From NCBI RefSeq assembly GCF_011386835.1, contig NC_088797.1, forward strand, positions 72,106,001 to 72,170,000: a DNA stretch of 64,000 bases, read 5' to 3'. This DNA comes from Chrysemys picta bellii (taxonomy: Eukaryota). Within the stretch, counting starts at the first letter, position 1; each line of letters begins with the position of its first letter. Both the position numbers and the translations under genes were made by a program. Under the pieces are notes generated by a model. The model searched no databases. It was not told where the DNA came from and worked only from the letters and a program-made list of their open reading frames with translations. Positions 39,362 to 51,272 of this stretch are shown here, one piece after another.

Positions 39362-40384
39362 TCAATGTTTGTAATGGCTCAACCATTCCCAGTCCTTATT
39401 CAAACCGGAGTTGATTGTGTCTAGTTTGCATATCAATTCTAGCTCAGCAGTTTCTCGTTGGAGTCTGTTTTTGAAGTTTTTCTGTTGTAATATAGCCACC
39501 TGCAGGTCTGTCACTGAATGACCAGACAGGTTAAAGTGTTCTCCCACTGGTTTTTGAGTATTTTGATTCCTGATGTCAGATTTGTGTCCATTAATTCTTT
39601 TGCGTAGAGACTGTCCGGTTTGGCCAATGTACATGGCAGAGGGGCATTGCTGGCACATGATGGCATATATCACATTGGTAGATGTGCAGGTGAACGAGCC
39701 CCTGATGGTATGGCTGATGTGATTAGGTCCTATGATGATGTCACTGGAATAGATATGTGGACAGAGTTGACATCGGGGTTTGTTACAAGGATAGGTTCCT
39801 GGGTTAGTGGTTTTGTTCAGTGATGTGTGGTTGCTGGTGAGTATTTGCTTTAGGTTGGGGGGTTGTCTGTAAGCGAGGACAGGTCTGTCTCCCAAGATCT
39901 GTGAGAGTAAAGGATCATCTTTCAGGATAGGTTGTAGATCTCTGATGATGCGCTGGAGAGGTTTTAGTTGGGGGCTGAAGGTGACAGCTAGTGGTGTTCT
40001 GTTATTTTCTTTGTTGGGCCTGTCTTGTAGGAGGTGACTTCTGGGTACTCGTCTGGCTCTGTCAATCTGTTTTTTCACTTCAGCAGGTGGGTATTGTAGT
40101 TTTAAGAATGCTTGATAGAGATCTTGTAGGTGCTTGTCTCTATCCGAGGGATTGGAGCAAATGCGGTTATATCTTAGAGCTTGGCTGTAGACAATGGATC
40201 GTGTGGTGTGTCCTGGATGGAAGCTGGAGGCATGTAGGTAAGTGTAGCGGTCAGTAGGTTTCCGGTATAGGGTGGTATTTATGTGACCATCGCTTATTAG
40301 CACAGTAGTGTCCAGGAAATGGACCGCTTGTGTGGATTGATCTAGGCTGAGGTTGATGGTGGGATGGAAATTATTGAAATTATG
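39362..40384 (-). pseudogene. Penelope-like RT thumb + GIY-YIG endonuclease, 5'-truncated, stop-free
   Basis: Contains TTLYRKPTD, IVYSQALRYNRICS, CNKPRCQLC and NVIYAIMCQQCPSAMYIGQTGQSLRKRINGH (GIY-YIG). Lacks the RT catalytic YxDD motif and a native start codon. Confidence 0.9.
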
Positions 40385-41451
40385 TCATCATCTGGACCCA
40401 TGGAAAAGAAGCCCTTGAGGAATTTCACCATGATTTCAATAATTTCCATCCCACCATCAACCTCAGCCTAGATCAATCCACACAAGCGGTCCATTTCCTG
40501 GACACTACTGTGCTAATAAGCGATGGTCACATAAATACCACCCTATACCGGAAACCTACTGACCGCTACACTTACCTACATGCCTCCAGCTTCCATCCAG
40601 GACACACCACACGATCCATTGTCTACAGCCAAGCTCTAAGATATAACCGCATTTGCTCCAATCCCTCGGATAGAGACAAGCACCTACAAGATCTCTATCA
40701 AGCATTCTTAAAACTACAATACCCACCTGCTGAAGTGAAAAAACAGATTGACAGAGCCAGACGAGTACCCAGAAGTCACCTCCTACAAGACAGGCCCAAC
40801 AAAGAAAATAACAGAACACCACTAGCTGTCACCTTCAGCCCCCAACTAAAACCTCTCCAGCGCATCATCAGAGATCTACAACCTATCCTGAAAGATGATC
40901 CTTTACTCTCACAGATCTTGGGAGACAGACCTGTCCTCGCTTACAGACAACCCCCCAACCTAAAGCAAATACTCACCAGCAACCACACATCACTGAACAA
41001 AACCACTAACCCAGGAACCTATCCTTGTAACAAACCCCGATGTCAACTCTGTCCACATATCTATTCCAGTGACATCATCATAGGACCTAATCACATCAGC
41101 CATACCATCAGGGGCTCGTTCACCTGCACATCTACCAATGTGATATATGCCATCATGTGCCAGCAATGCCCCTCTGCCATGTACATTGACCAAACCGGAC
41201 AGTCTCTACGCAAAAGAATTAATGGACACAAATCTGACATCAGGAATCAAAATACTCAAAAACCAGTGGGAGAACACTTTAACCTGTCTGGTCATTCAGT
41301 GACAGACCTGCGGGTGGCTATATTACAACAGAAAAACTTCAAAAACAGACTCCAACGAGAAACTGCTGAGCTAGAATTGATATGCAAACTAGACACAATC
41401 AACTCCGGTTTGAATAAGGACTGGGAATGGTTGAGCCATTACAAACATTGA
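40378..41451 (+). pseudogene. Penelope-like RT thumb + GIY-YIG endonuclease, 5'-truncated just after RT motif C; YIG changed to YID
   Basis: The frame is open from 40378 and reads (NYV)IIWTHGKEALEEFHHDFNNFHPTINLSLDQS...HFLDTTV and onward. It carries AMYIDQTG where the left arm has AMYIGQTG (A41189 vs C39624). Confidence 0.9.
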
Positions 41452-41627
41452 ATCTCTCACACTTGTTATCTAACTGTCTGTCTGTACTCGGCTAGCTTGA
41501 TTATCACTTCAAAAGTTTTTTTTCTCTTAATTAATTGGCCTCTCAGAGGTGGTAAGACAACTCCCACCTGTTTATGCTCTCTGTATGTGTGTATATATAT
41601 CTCCTCAATATATGTTCCATTCTATAT

Positions 41628-41667
41628 GCATCCGAAGAAGTGGGCTGTAGTCCACGAAAGCTTATGC
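41628..41667 (+). ncRNA. minimal hammerhead ribozyme motif, right arm (CCGAAGA core variant)
   Basis: Reads GCAU-CCGAAGA-A-GUGGG(CUGUAG)UCCAC-GAAA-GCUU-AUGC, giving stem I GCAU/AUGC, a stem II hairpin, GAAA and palindromic helix III AGCU. Confidence 0.6.
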
Positions 41668-44600
41668 TCTAATAAATTTGTTAGTCTCTAAGGTGCCACA
41701 AGTCCTCCTGTTCTTCTTTTTGCATGAGACTTTGTTTTCTTGTCCCCTGGGAATTTGATAGACTGATCTTTTAGTGGCTGGGTATAATGGCAGGGATAAT
41801 TAAATTGCTCAGAGAGACTTTCTGAGCAACTTGAAGCTGAGCACAGAACTGTGGGAACTTGATTAGTCATCCTTGCTTCCACTACAAACTTATACTGTGT
41901 GTAACCCATACAGCCAGAGTGTGGTACATTCGCCCCCTCTCATGGCTGGACCAGGTAAAGAGCTTTGAGTCTGCTACTGCCTTCTAGTTAGGTAGATTGA
42001 TCAAACAGTAGAGGCTTATGCTCTTACATGTGGTGGTCCTGGGCTCAATCCTTACAGACAACCCCTATGTGTCTGTATATGTGTGTACACCACCACTCAC
42101 CTGACTTCTCCATTGCCCCAATCCTGCAGAGAGCTGCTGCTGTGCACCAAGCTTTCCCTTTGCATGTTCTCCTCATTTGCCACTGTAGTTACATCTTCCT
42201 GGATTTTGCACAGGAATCTCTACAGATGTACAGCCAGTTTTACCAGTATGATCTGGCTGCTTTACACTAAGAAGCTGGAGCATTTAAGTAAATCTGGCCT
42301 GAAATATTTATGGTGTAATCAATAAACATCTATAATTTGATGACCTTAAAAGACATCATAGACAATGAGATTCTAGCTGGAGCTATAGTATTGGTGGAGG
42401 AATGCACCTCACTGGGCACAGCTGTCTTCAGTGAAACCGCTGGTCTCAATTTGTTTCAGTCTGAAACAACCATCATATTTACAGTCCATGTTTGGGGGAA
42501 AAGCTGACAGTCAAAATAATCTTCCTCCAGGACCTGCCAGATTTCTTGGCAGCCCCGACAGTGAGCTAGTAACACACTGATCAAGGTCCTGTTCTCACTG
42601 AGCAGAGTACTAAGGAAAGAAATGACAGTGCTTTGAAATTCTATACTGGTATTTCCACACCACCCCCCTTCAAATACATAGTCCTGATCAATGGATTAAT
42701 TTCATTCTGGGTTGAAAAGTTGGACAATGATCAGGAGCTGTTTGATACTCCCAACTTTGGTTTATTTTATAATGGAAAATTCACTTCCTAATGTGGGAAC
42801 CCAATGAAAGAGCCAGGACCTCCAGAATAACACTCAAACACATGGTTTATAATGAAAATAAGATACTTCAGCAGATTATTACGTAGTGCCGACTAGTGTA
42901 CCTCTTAGGTGCACAGCATTCACTTGACTCTATTACCTAGCCTGGGGCTGCATTAACCATTTGTGTTGCTAAATGCCCTGAATATGGAGAAGAGGACCTG
43001 TCAGATGTGGCCTATGTACAGTACCAGGCTTGGTGCCTGGAAGTGTTGATGGTAAAGGAATGTTAGTACTTCCAAGGTAGAAACATCCCTGGATGCAATG
43101 TGGGAAAGCAGCATATATGCACCTTGCTATTTGACACGGGGTACCCTCAAATCCCATTGATTTCAAGGTGGTTCTTTTAACGCAGCTGTGAAGGGATTAT
43201 TCAATGCTCACTGCTGCACAGTCCGTCGGGTCTTTTTTCTTAATTCAGACCAATCAAGCTGTTAATCACAAGCCTGAAGGGGAAGGAAGTTATCACACCA
43301 AATTCACTCTGTCATGTCTAATTGCAATTAGACAACTTCATTCAAATAGTAATTTTTGGTAAAGTGTATGTATTTGTGTATGCTAATAGCTGAGGCTCAT
43401 CAATTCCAAAAAATGAAGTAATGTCACTGCGGGGAAGTCTAGCTAACCCGCCAGACCATTTGTATTTCATTTTCTTATACAAAGAGCAATTTACTATCAA
43501 ACATGAATAGAATGTGATTATAGAAGCCAATTCCAACTAGAAGTCTGAGTATAAAGTGGAAAGTGTTTTCTACTATGGGCTGTAACCAGAGAGCTGTACT
43601 CTTATTTAAGCTGGTGCTCCAAAAATAAATAGTCATGGGCCACAGCTCCAGATCCACAATGTATTTAGGTGCCTAACTCTCATTGAAATCAATAGGATTG
43701 AAGCACCAAGTACCTTTTGAGGACTGGGCCAGTGTATTGACTCTTTAAAAGCTGAGTTCTCCGTTGGCTTCAGCTAGGAATTCTGTTTAATCATTTCTGG
43801 TATCCACATCTGGAAAAGTACTCTAGGATTTAATGTTGAAACTAAAAGAGCTCAATAGAAACTTTAAAAAGTGCTATAGAATTTACACTCAAACATTGTA
43901 TAATCTTCCTACAGCTGTTTTGATCGATTCTACAGAACTCTATAGCAGGCACATAACTTTCCATTAAATGCTAGATGTTCCAAAAAAGCCTATAGACTAG
44001 CTACCACTGCATGAAAAATTCCTATAGAATTTAATATAAGGGTAATTTAACTCAATTTTTGTAGTGTTTTGAACAGAAAAAGCCTCCAAAAGTAGTAGCT
44101 TTAATGGAAATGGCATTACAACAGGGAACAAAGATGGGGTATTGCTGCGACAAACAGTTTACTACTTCAGGGACAGTGTTTTTAAGAATGAGACCAAAGT
44201 GTCACCAACTCCCAGCAATCTGGCGACAAGCTAGGTTTAAGGGTGGATGCCAGTGTTGCCAGTACTAAGATATGCACGTCCACACAACCTTCCATGGTAT
44301 GCGTCTGAACAAGCACAACAGCTACATGTGCAAATGGCAAATGCTCATGCATAGCCAGTCATGCTTCTCTCTCAATTTTCCTGTTATGAGAATGAGCATC
44401 ATTCCTGAGAATGAAACTGGGATCTTGTTCATAAAATTAACTGGGTAGGAGAGGGGGAAATGTATAACCTGGAGGACAGGATTAGTGTTTAATACAGAAA
44501 GGAAATGAGGCGTGTATGATGTCCCCACTATTGGATTAATATAAAAATTGGCAGTTCTGTTCTTTAGCATACTGTAGTTCCACTGACTGTTTCTTACACC

Positions 44601-47129
44601 TTGCTGAGCATCAGTTTGAACCAAATGAGTAATCATCTGGAATGATGCCTATAGACTAATAACACTCAACAGTCCTTTGGTTAATTTTGTGGTTAGTGAA
44701 TTGGGAAATTGTGGAGATACACCATGAAAATATTTAAAATGAGTATATTATGCTGGGCTCAGCTGATGTGAAAGCACTGGAAAAGAGTATCTATTACTCA
44801 AAGGAGACTTTAAGGAATTTAACCCATTTTTCTTATATACGTGTAATTTTTGAAAGTTAAACACTGACATATAGCCTTGGTGCTTCCTTCCTAGCACTGT
44901 GCAGGTGTTTGGAGTAGGGCCAGCTGGATACATGTACCACATGCAGAGGTACATGGAACGACAGACTTCTGGGGTCCCATGTTCTTGCAGCACATGCCCA
45001 GTAGTAGCTGTTGTTGTGAAGGCATCTCCATTCCAGGGATACCATCCCCAAAAGTGTGAAAGCTTCTTCCCTATTTGCTTTAAAGTTTCAGCTCCATTGC
45101 AAGCTGCCCTTCCATCTCATCCTATCACTGATGCTTGGAAGGTCAGGACCCTTAACTAGCTTTCTGGGGTCCCTGCACATCTGATTTCCCACACACCTGA
45201 GTCTTTTTCTATATTCTAGTACTTCCTGCAAACTCTCCACAACTTGCTCTTGCCAACAGGAATCTCTTTTGGCACCTGACAAAATGAGGTCACCAGCGTT
45301 GAAGGCAGATTAGGAAACATCTTGCTCATTGGTCAAGTTAATAATTTTGTTATATACTTTACTTTGCAGGCATGCCAAAGAAGCAATCTGGAGGGTTAGT
45401 TGGGCATTTCAGTTTATTTTTTCCAGTGAAACAAAACCAGTGTCCTTTTAGCAATGCAGAAATGAATGAGCAAGTCAATTATTGATTCAGAGAAAATCTG
45501 CACAATATTTTGACTTCTCAACACTTGCTAAAAATCAAACAAGCACATTGAGAGAGAGATACGCATGCTCAGCGTGGGGCAAACAAAATAAAATAGACTT
45601 GCTTTAGAACATGAATGTGTACATACCCTCTCCTCCCCAACAAACCCTAAACGCAATGGCTTGAAGGGAGAAATCCATCTTTAGCAACCTTGAGACTTGG
45701 TAGCTTTTTATCATCTATATATGTGCAAAGAATAATTTGGCTGATAACATGTTCCCTTTTACTTTGCATTGATTAACTTCATATGCGCTGGAAGCTTGTA
45801 GATGTAATTTATAATTGAAAATTCCGGGACTCTGACAGCTATCAGAAGCAATCTTCTGAATAAACGGTATTGGCAACTAATACAAATAAGACGTTGTGTA
45901 CCCTTACTACATAAAGCCAAAGCAATTGAACTACAGAGGGGATGGGTGATATTTCCAACTTCTGGACAGACTGCAGGATGATTAGTACAACTTGTAAGCT
46001 GGCAAAGTGGCTGCTACTGCTCCCCCCCCCCATGTGTTTAAGTGGTGCTGACACCCTTGCTCTGTCTTCCACACTACAAGTGAATTTTACCTATCCAGTA
46101 TAATGTTGAAATCTTAATTTTAATCCATTTTATTAAAATCACTTGTAATAGAACTCATGGGGGAGGCCTATAGAATTTCCTAAGGATGGAATCAATAGGG
46201 TTCTAAAGAAATTTTCTTAAAACCTAGAGTGACATTCTAAGGCCATTGAAGTCACTGGGAGTTTTGCCATTCAGAAAACTTACAAATTTTTTTGGACCAT
46301 CCTCTAAAATTCTCTCAAATTCCCAGGATGATTCAAACTGCCTATTGAAAGAGAGCCATTCTCTAGTAAATTCAGTAGGACTATTCTATAAGGGAGTCCT
46401 ATTTAAACAGATTTCTTATTACCAGACGAAAATGAAGGTTCTTGCTATCTCAAGAACTCTATTTGGCTCTCTCTACTTGGACTGAGCTTTGCTGATTTAA
46501 TGCAGATTTAGTGTGTACATGCTCCTCAGCCTGATAAATTCTTTATCAGATTTAAGGGGTAATTCTTCCTTTTTATAAAGTGTCAGAATGTATCTGAACA
46601 GCACATACTGTAGGTCTGGCTTTGCACACAAAGTAGAAAGAAAGTCTTGACTTGCTGTTTTAAGGGCCTCTAATAGCTTTGGTTTGACTTTCTTCAAATG
46701 ACTTCCTTCTTTCAATCATGAATGAGTGTCAAAGGAATGCTCCTTGGCTACTAAACTGCTATCTGATCAGGCGCAGCACTCTGACACTCCAAAGGTAATA
46801 TGATGTAGTCTCAATGGTAAGAAAGTAGTGGTAGGTACATTTAAGTTTGGAGGTTTGATTCAGAATTGGATTAGCACCTAAACATTTGAATTGCATTATT
46901 TGAGTCTGAGACTTGTATGGAGGTGAGCAGGGACGATGGGCCAAATTTATCTCTGGTGCAATTCCATTGAATTTGGCTCCATTTAGATTTCTGTGTTTGT
47001 ATAGTGCTGAGAACAATAAATATAATTATTGTCCAAGAGTCTAAAGATTCTCACCAAAGAGTTTAGGTGCCAATCTTGAGACGTTGAGTCTAATTTTCAG
47101 GAGTGCATAACAATCTTATGATTTCTAAT

Positions 47130-47280
47130 CCAAGCTCTAATATTGATTCCTCTGCCATATCGGTTATACTTTGCCTCAATTCCCCATCTGAAAAGTGGGA
47201 AAAGTACCAATACTTACTGAGCACCTGATAGGGTGTTGTAAGGATTACTTAATTGATATTTGTCAAGTGTTTTGAACACA
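47130..47280 (+). mobile_element. MIR/CORE-type SINE remnant
   Basis: Contains tgcctcaattccccatctgaaaagtggg...gggtgttgtaaggattacttaattgatatttgtcaagtgttttgaa. Confidence 0.45.
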
Positions 47281-47748
47281 ACCAGGATCACCTATGGATA
47301 CTCGTACTTTGATTTTTCTGGATGATTGCTGTGGAAATGGATGATAGAGCATTTGTCTGGATTCATATTGTCAAGGCAATAATACTGTATGCGTTTGCTT
47401 TCTCTCTCCCTCTTGGTTTCCTCAAAACCAATGTTAAAGGAGCTAAAAAATGCAGAAACGTCCATGACTTTGCTCATCAAATAGCTCACATATTTCACCA
47501 AAATGCACAGCTAAAATTCCTTGGAGGGGAACATTTTATTCCTTGTGCCAGCATCCAGAGGCAAAAAGGTTATCTTGGAAGATTGCATGAGGCTCTCCCC
47601 ACAATGTCACCTGAACTATCAGTAGTGAAACCTTTCCAATAGAAGAAGACTCAGGGCATTGATGTTGCCATTATTTTGCCAATTAACAAGGCCTTAAATG
47701 TAAACAAAGTTTAACTCTAATCACATTCACATATACAGTGTACAATTA

Positions 47749-47937
47749 CAGGCAGTCCTCGACTTTATGATGAGTGGCACTTAAGATGTTTCTGAATTGA
47801 CACCCTGATTACAACAATTGGCTTTGACTTTGACGCTCGTTCCCGCAAGGGAGTGGATTGCAGTTCTGAGTTATGACATTTTGACTTGTGACGCAATTTT
47901 AAGCAACTAATTGTGTCTCAAGTCAGAGGACTGCCCG
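47749..47937. mobile_element. Tc1/mariner-type MITE
   Basis: TIRs caggcagtcctcgactt and aagtcagaggactgcccg, with TA TSD at 47747-47748 and 47938-47939. Confidence 0.85.
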
Positions 47938-48457
47938 TATAACAAAAAATAAAGACCTTAAAAAACTGGTGGTGGGAGAATTCCTTTCCATAATCTGCTC
48001 AAAATAATATGAAAACAGTGATCATGGATGATCTTTTTCTTTCTGCTTCTGAGTACCCTGGCTGTAATCTCTGTGAGATTACAAGCTGGAGACCAACCAA
48101 CTAGGGAAGCCCGATTAGGTTATGAAAGCCACTTTCTTGGAATGTGTCCTACCCCACAACTGTTTTTTATAAGGAAAGCCAAACTAGTTTTGGCAAAATT
48201 GACACACAGCTTTAGCTTATTTTTATTTTTTTAAATTTGAAAATGTTCAGATGACCTCTCTAGGGACAACCCCACTTAAATTATGCATTAGAACATGTGA
48301 GCACACTGGGAGGGAACCCAGCTCCACTTCAGTGAGCAATTGGCACAAGGCATAAGTCGAATTCACCGACCTGATGCAGCCATATCTAGTATGGAATATG
48401 ATAGTTATTCTGGTTTAATAGCTAAGAAAACTGCTTATTATTCTGTATAGAGATTAG

Positions 48458-48493
48458 TGGTGACATGTTTAACTGGTGACATGTTTAACTGGT
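48458..48493. repeat. perfect 16-bp tandem duplication
   Basis: (tggtgacatgtttaac)2 followed by tggt. Confidence 0.9.
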
Positions 48494-51253
48494 CTCATCC
48501 ATGCACAATTCACATTCAGTTGTGTACACATTTGCACATGCAAAGTTAAATTTGAGCATCTGTGCTAGCAATGTCACTTGGAGAAGAATCACAAACCACC
48601 ACCCTCTGCACTGGAAATTAATAAGGGAATTCTGGGTAGGCAGAAGGTAAATACTACTCAATGAAATTTGTATAGAAGGGAACATCTTTTGTATTGGGTA
48701 TTTCAGTTGATGTGCCAGAAAAAATACTTGTTTTCAAAATATCACAGTTCTGTGTATGTTTGAGATGGAAAAAACTAAGACAGGATAGAAGAGGCCCTGC
48801 ATCATCTTTCTTCATTAGAAGAATGTGCTTCCAACAGCAGGGAACAACTGCATTTTTAAGTCTTCTGTAAATATCCCCTAAAGAAAATTCAGAATATCTA
48901 CAAAAACACCCTTATCCTCTGACCTATGTAATATTCCCATATATACCCTGTCCTCTGTCACTGAGTTTATGATTAGAGATGTACTACTGCAGAAATTTGG
49001 CAAGTAGAAGATTGGGATGTTCCAATACAATCTAACTGAATACCATTAGTTAGCACACTAGATTCCACAGGACCTGCTAGCGCTGTGATTCATCCTCCAT
49101 CATACAAAAATTGATTACTCTGGCTTTGTTTCAGAAAAAAACATGGTTATTAGAGCAGGTTGCTGATTTAAATCCACCCCACTGTCTATGAATGTGTCAT
49201 GGAAGGAATGCAGCCACCGTAATGGCCATTGTTTCCATGTATCACAATTTTTGTGTGTGTGTGGTTGCAGGTGTGGGGGAGAGAGCTGACTTGTTCATGT
49301 TGTTGATGCACTTCTAGAAGAATAGTGGGCAGACATTAAAAATGTAAATTTAAAATGCCATGAGGGAAAATTTCCTTTCTGGTGATGTGATTTCAGGATG
49401 TCGCATCATACCAATTGGCAAAAGATCAAGACATCACAGGTATCAATAGCAGATTTCATTTTCCTAGTGAGAATGTGGGTTGTATTGGGAAATCCAACTA
49501 ATGCATAGTAGAATGGATCAGAACAATTACTATATTGACCGAACTTGTAATTGGGCGGTTTTAAACCTTGGTGGACATCTTGTCCTGGACTAAACTAATC
49601 TCTGGTGTAACAGAATTAGATGAGATGAATTTAGCCATGGTAGCCTAGGCTTCAGTTGGATCAGGAATTCACTCCTTCTCTTTATTCATCTGAAAATAAG
49701 ACTACATGGAAGCAACTTGGGTTTGAGTTATGAGCTCAATGGAGGGGTAACTAGATGAAATTCTATGGCTTGTGGTGTACAGAAGATGAGACTAGATGAG
49801 TCTATGGATCAAGGGACCATTATGAGAGACTTCAAGTCCAGATCTTCACCAGCTGCACCTCCAAATAAGAATGAGTCTGAATACTGTGGGCTGCATTTGA
49901 CCTTGGGCTTCTCTTCAGGTTATTCTGAATTAGACTATTTAATAGAGAGGCTTATTCAGAGGGTATTGTTCCCCCTCTGGTACATACTGTGAAAACACAT
50001 AATTTGATTTTGTATAAAGTCCTGCCCTTCCTTTCTTGGGTTAGGATTTTCAAAGCAGCACAGAACATTTTGGCCATAGACCATCTTCATTTAAAATAAA
50101 AAGTGACTAATTCCTCTGTACTGCTTTGAAACTCTTCTTCATAAGGAGGAGGTTCTGTGGGGAGAAAAGCAATGATGACCATGCAGTGGGTCCCTGAACT
50201 AGCCTGCTGTCCCAGGGGAGCACACATTAAGGAGCAGGATGCAACTCTGCTAATGTACCACAAAGTGCAGTATATGCGCAAATGGTATGGGGGCTGACCA
50301 CACCCTATGAGTAACACACCATGTCTCCTTGTGATGTGCAAGGATTGATACCTGAGCCCTTTCTGGTGCTCAGAAGAGTGCTGGGATGGGAAGGCATTCT
50401 TACCTGCTCCTGTGTCGCTATGAAGGTGGATAAAGCTCTGTAGTCTTTCCTTCACGTTGGGGACAATGCACGCACCCAACTTAAGGCAGAATTTAGCTTG
50501 TCATTCTCCCTCTTCCGTGCCACCCCTCCCCCCCAATCTGACCTGGAATCTAAAAATTGTCCTGAAGATTAGAAAGGAGGTTTGTTACCCATTCTGGAAG
50601 CTGAATGGAGTTTTGAGCGATGAGCTTTTCTGATATGAAAACAGAAACATTGGCCTAGGGAGAGAGAGCTTTTATTCAGCACAGACTGCAGTCTTTTCAA
50701 TTTTCTGAGCTTGACGGGAAACTCTGGGCTTTGTCTGCTTCCCTTCCTCTTTCTGCCTTTGTGCATACTGCAGTCTCCCTCCACTTGGAACTTGGCTGCA
50801 TTAGCTGTGGTGAAGGAAGAGAGACTATTCCTGGAGCCACTGGCATGTACTAATACAAGATGACAGAAGCCTGAGTAAACTGAGAGGAGCCCATATTAAT
50901 AATGAATAAATAATGATGTATAGATCACTTGAACCCTCCATTGTAATCTGAGGAAGAAGCAGATGGACAACACACAGCCTCCTAAATCCAAAAGAACCTT
51001 GCTCCCCCTCAATCCCCAATAATAACTTCTAGGCAACTTAGTCACCTTCATTTCTAGTTTGTGTTCTTCCTCTTTGCACTTATGCAAAGGAAAAAGCTGA
51101 CCAAAGGAAGACAATCTAATTACTGTAGTATATTATGCAAAGCAGGACTAGGAGCAGAGCTACAACAACGAACAATGCAGACTCCGTAAAATGAGACACG
51201 CTGTATGAATGAACCGCTGTCTGACTTTGCTGCACTCAGTGACTTGTCATTTT

Positions 51254-51272
51254 GCTCAGCAGGTGGCGCCAT
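51254..51272 (+). promoter_or_regulatory. candidate CTCF binding site
   Basis: GCTCAGCAGGTGGCGCCAT matches CCASYAGRKGGCRS at all but the first position and keeps its CpG in CpG-poor DNA. Confidence 0.45.

Larger units (their letters stand above)
39061..41723. mobile_element. Penelope-like retroelement (GIY-YIG, Neptune-type) as a head-to-head inverted pair of 5'-truncated copies
   Basis: 39088-40380 is the reverse complement of 40433-41723, with 2 substitutions and one AT-unit indel by manual comparison. Both arms encode an RT C-terminus plus a GIY-YIG endonuclease. 13-bp TSD tgcatgagacttt at 39046-39058 and 41721-41733. Confidence 0.95.

Noticed and set aside
39620-41193. antisense ORFs of 67-88 aa within the Penelope arms
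   Set aside because: They are shadows of the stop-free main frame, duplicated by the palindrome.
41990-42055. tRNA-like stretch (gatcaaacagtagagg...ctgggctcaatcc)
   Set aside because: Degenerate A and B boxes and no cloverleaf. At most a SINE remnant.
45060-45300. possible old LINE RT fragment on the minus strand
   Set aside because: No diagnostic motif that I can align with confidence.
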